DNA of 63,786 nt, the filler included, from Gemmatimonadota bacterium (GTDB taxonomy: Bacteria; 4572-55; J002): assembly GCA_003697105.1 (NCBI GenBank). It is 8 parts of 8 records of this genome, joined end to end, with 100 filler letters (N's around TTAATTAATTAA, not from the genome) between each part and the next. Parts side by side here need not be neighbours in the genome. Positions count along the whole stretch, not along the records: positions 57,478 to 61,711 come from RFFQ01000003.1; positions 61,812 to 63,786 come from RFFQ01000173.1; 6 more parts are not named here. The stretch is one strand, 5' to 3'. Shown one piece after another: positions 61,648-63,786 of this stretch. The notes beneath the pieces were generated by a model. It was not told where the DNA came from. It saw nothing but the letters and a program-made list of their open reading frames with translations, and ran no database searches. Each line of letters begins with the position of its first letter. The stretch's first letter is position 1. The translations under genes were made by a program, and so were the position numbers.

Positions 61648-61699
61648 ACCTGTAATTATTTACAGGTGTAAATATAACTGTATATATGTACAGTGTCAA
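61648..61699 (-). promoter_or_regulatory. Sigma70 promoter with two LexA/SOS-type boxes
   Basis: TTGACA(61699-61694)-17 bp-TATATT(61676-61671); CTGTATATATGTACAG (61678-61693) and CTGTAATTATTTACAG (61650-61665). Confidence 0.8.
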
Positions 61700-61711
61700 G
61701 CTTTTTTTTGA

Positions 61712-61811
61712 NNNNNNNNNNNNNNNNNNNNNNNNNNNNNNNNNNNNNNNNNNNNTTAATTAATTAANNNNNNNNNNNNNNNNNNNNNNNNNNNNNNNNN
61801 NNNNNNNNNNN
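61712..61811. other. Artificial contig linker
   Basis: N44-TTAATTAATTAA-N44. Confidence 0.99.
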
Positions 61812-61907
61812 GGACACACCCGTACCCATTTCGAACACGGTCGTTAAGCCCTTCTGCGCCGATGGTACTGCACTGGAGACGGTGTGGGAGAGTAGGGCAT
61901 CGCCGGG
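61812..61907 (+). rRNA. rrf: 5S rRNA, 5' truncated
   Basis: CACCCGTACCCATTTCGAACACGG...GTTAAG...CGCCGATGGTACTG...GTGGGAGAGTAGG. Confidence 0.95.
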
Positions 61908-61919
61908 AATACCTTTATT

Positions 61920-62012
61920 AAAGCCTTTTCCACTGATCTGGAAAAGGCTTTCGTTGTTTAAATAGCGCAGTTCAAATAAAAAGCCTCTGTGAACAAATTT
62001 CACAGAGGCTTT
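61920..62012. terminator. Two tandem terminator hairpins between rrf and ahcY
   Basis: AAAGCCTTTTCCA...TGGAAAAGGCTTT and AAAGCCTCTGTGAA...TTCACAGAGGCTTT. Confidence 0.85.
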
Positions 62013-62038
62013 TGTTATACATTCAAGGCTTCAATTTC

Positions 62039-63376
<1,338 letters not shown>

Positions 63377-63625
63377 TTAAATGAATTGAACATAAGAGTG
63401 AATTAATTTTTGGTGCACTACCTTTTAAAACAACTTAAATACCGGTTTCTTTCGGTGATACCTCACTTTTTTTGGGAAAGGATTAACCTAAGTCGTTATC
63501 CATAAATTGCTTGACTTTGGCTCAAAAATCATCTATGCTTAAACTCAATTTAAAAGAGCATTTTGGACATTGGCTCCATTTCTATCAACTTTTTTTATTT
63601 ATACTATAAATTCTTAGGAGGTCTT

Positions 63626-63786
63626 ATGAACCGTACTCGTGTCATTATTATGGGCGCTGCTGGGCGCGATTTCCATAATTTTAATATGGTTTTTCGAGAT
63701 AATAATCAATATGAGGTTGTTTGTTTTACAGCAACCCAAATTCCCGATATTGCGGGACGAAAATATCCGGCAGAACTTGCCGGGCA
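63626..63786 (+). CDS. Cyclic 2,3-diphosphoglycerate synthase-like / predicted GTPase, N-terminal fragment
   Basis: MNRTRVIIMGAAGRDFHNFNMVFR...FTATQIPDIAGRKYP; RBS AGGAGG. Confidence 0.8.
   Translation, partial: MNRTRVIIMGAAGRDFHNFNMVFRDNNQYEVVCFTATQIPDIAGRKYPAELAG

Noticed and set aside
8401-61811. Seven identical TTAATTAATTAA motifs inside N-runs, and gene neighbourhoods across them (e.g. cmr1 next to the phosphodiesterase and Rrf2 genes)
   Set aside because: Artificial linkers; cross-linker adjacency is not biological.

Overview
The window joins eight contig fragments with seven artificial 100-bp linkers (N44-TTAATTAATTAA-N44), so adjacency across a linker means nothing. The many secreted proteins ending in an 'NYPNPFNP...' Ig/T9SS-like C-terminal domain suggest an FCB-group or Calditrichota/KSB1-like bacterium (inference). 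Contents: a PLP sulfur amino-acid cluster, cmk, an MvaI/BcnI-type restriction-modification pair followed by a degenerate attC-like hairpin, a giant unknown protein, pepF, phhA, large surface proteins, a TPR-VOC-VOC-VOC-DinB operon, htpG, tRNA-Trp, mtaB, the start of a type III-B CRISPR locus (WYL, CARF-HEPN, cmr1), part of a 5S rRNA and ahcY. No CRISPR array is visible. Three signals stand out. (1) At 59997-61699, a promoter with two E. coli-type SOS boxes drives a membrane/coiled-coil/HTH protein and a small membrane protein, and an opposing promoter and terminator define an antisense sRNA of about 75 nt over the leader, as in symE/symR or hok/mok control. (2) A 112-nt tRNA-like RNA with a CCA end but no canonical anticodon arm lies upstream of tRNA-Trp. 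(3) A third SOS box overlaps the promoter of the TPR/VOC/DinB operon. All calls come from reading the sequence; no searches were run.
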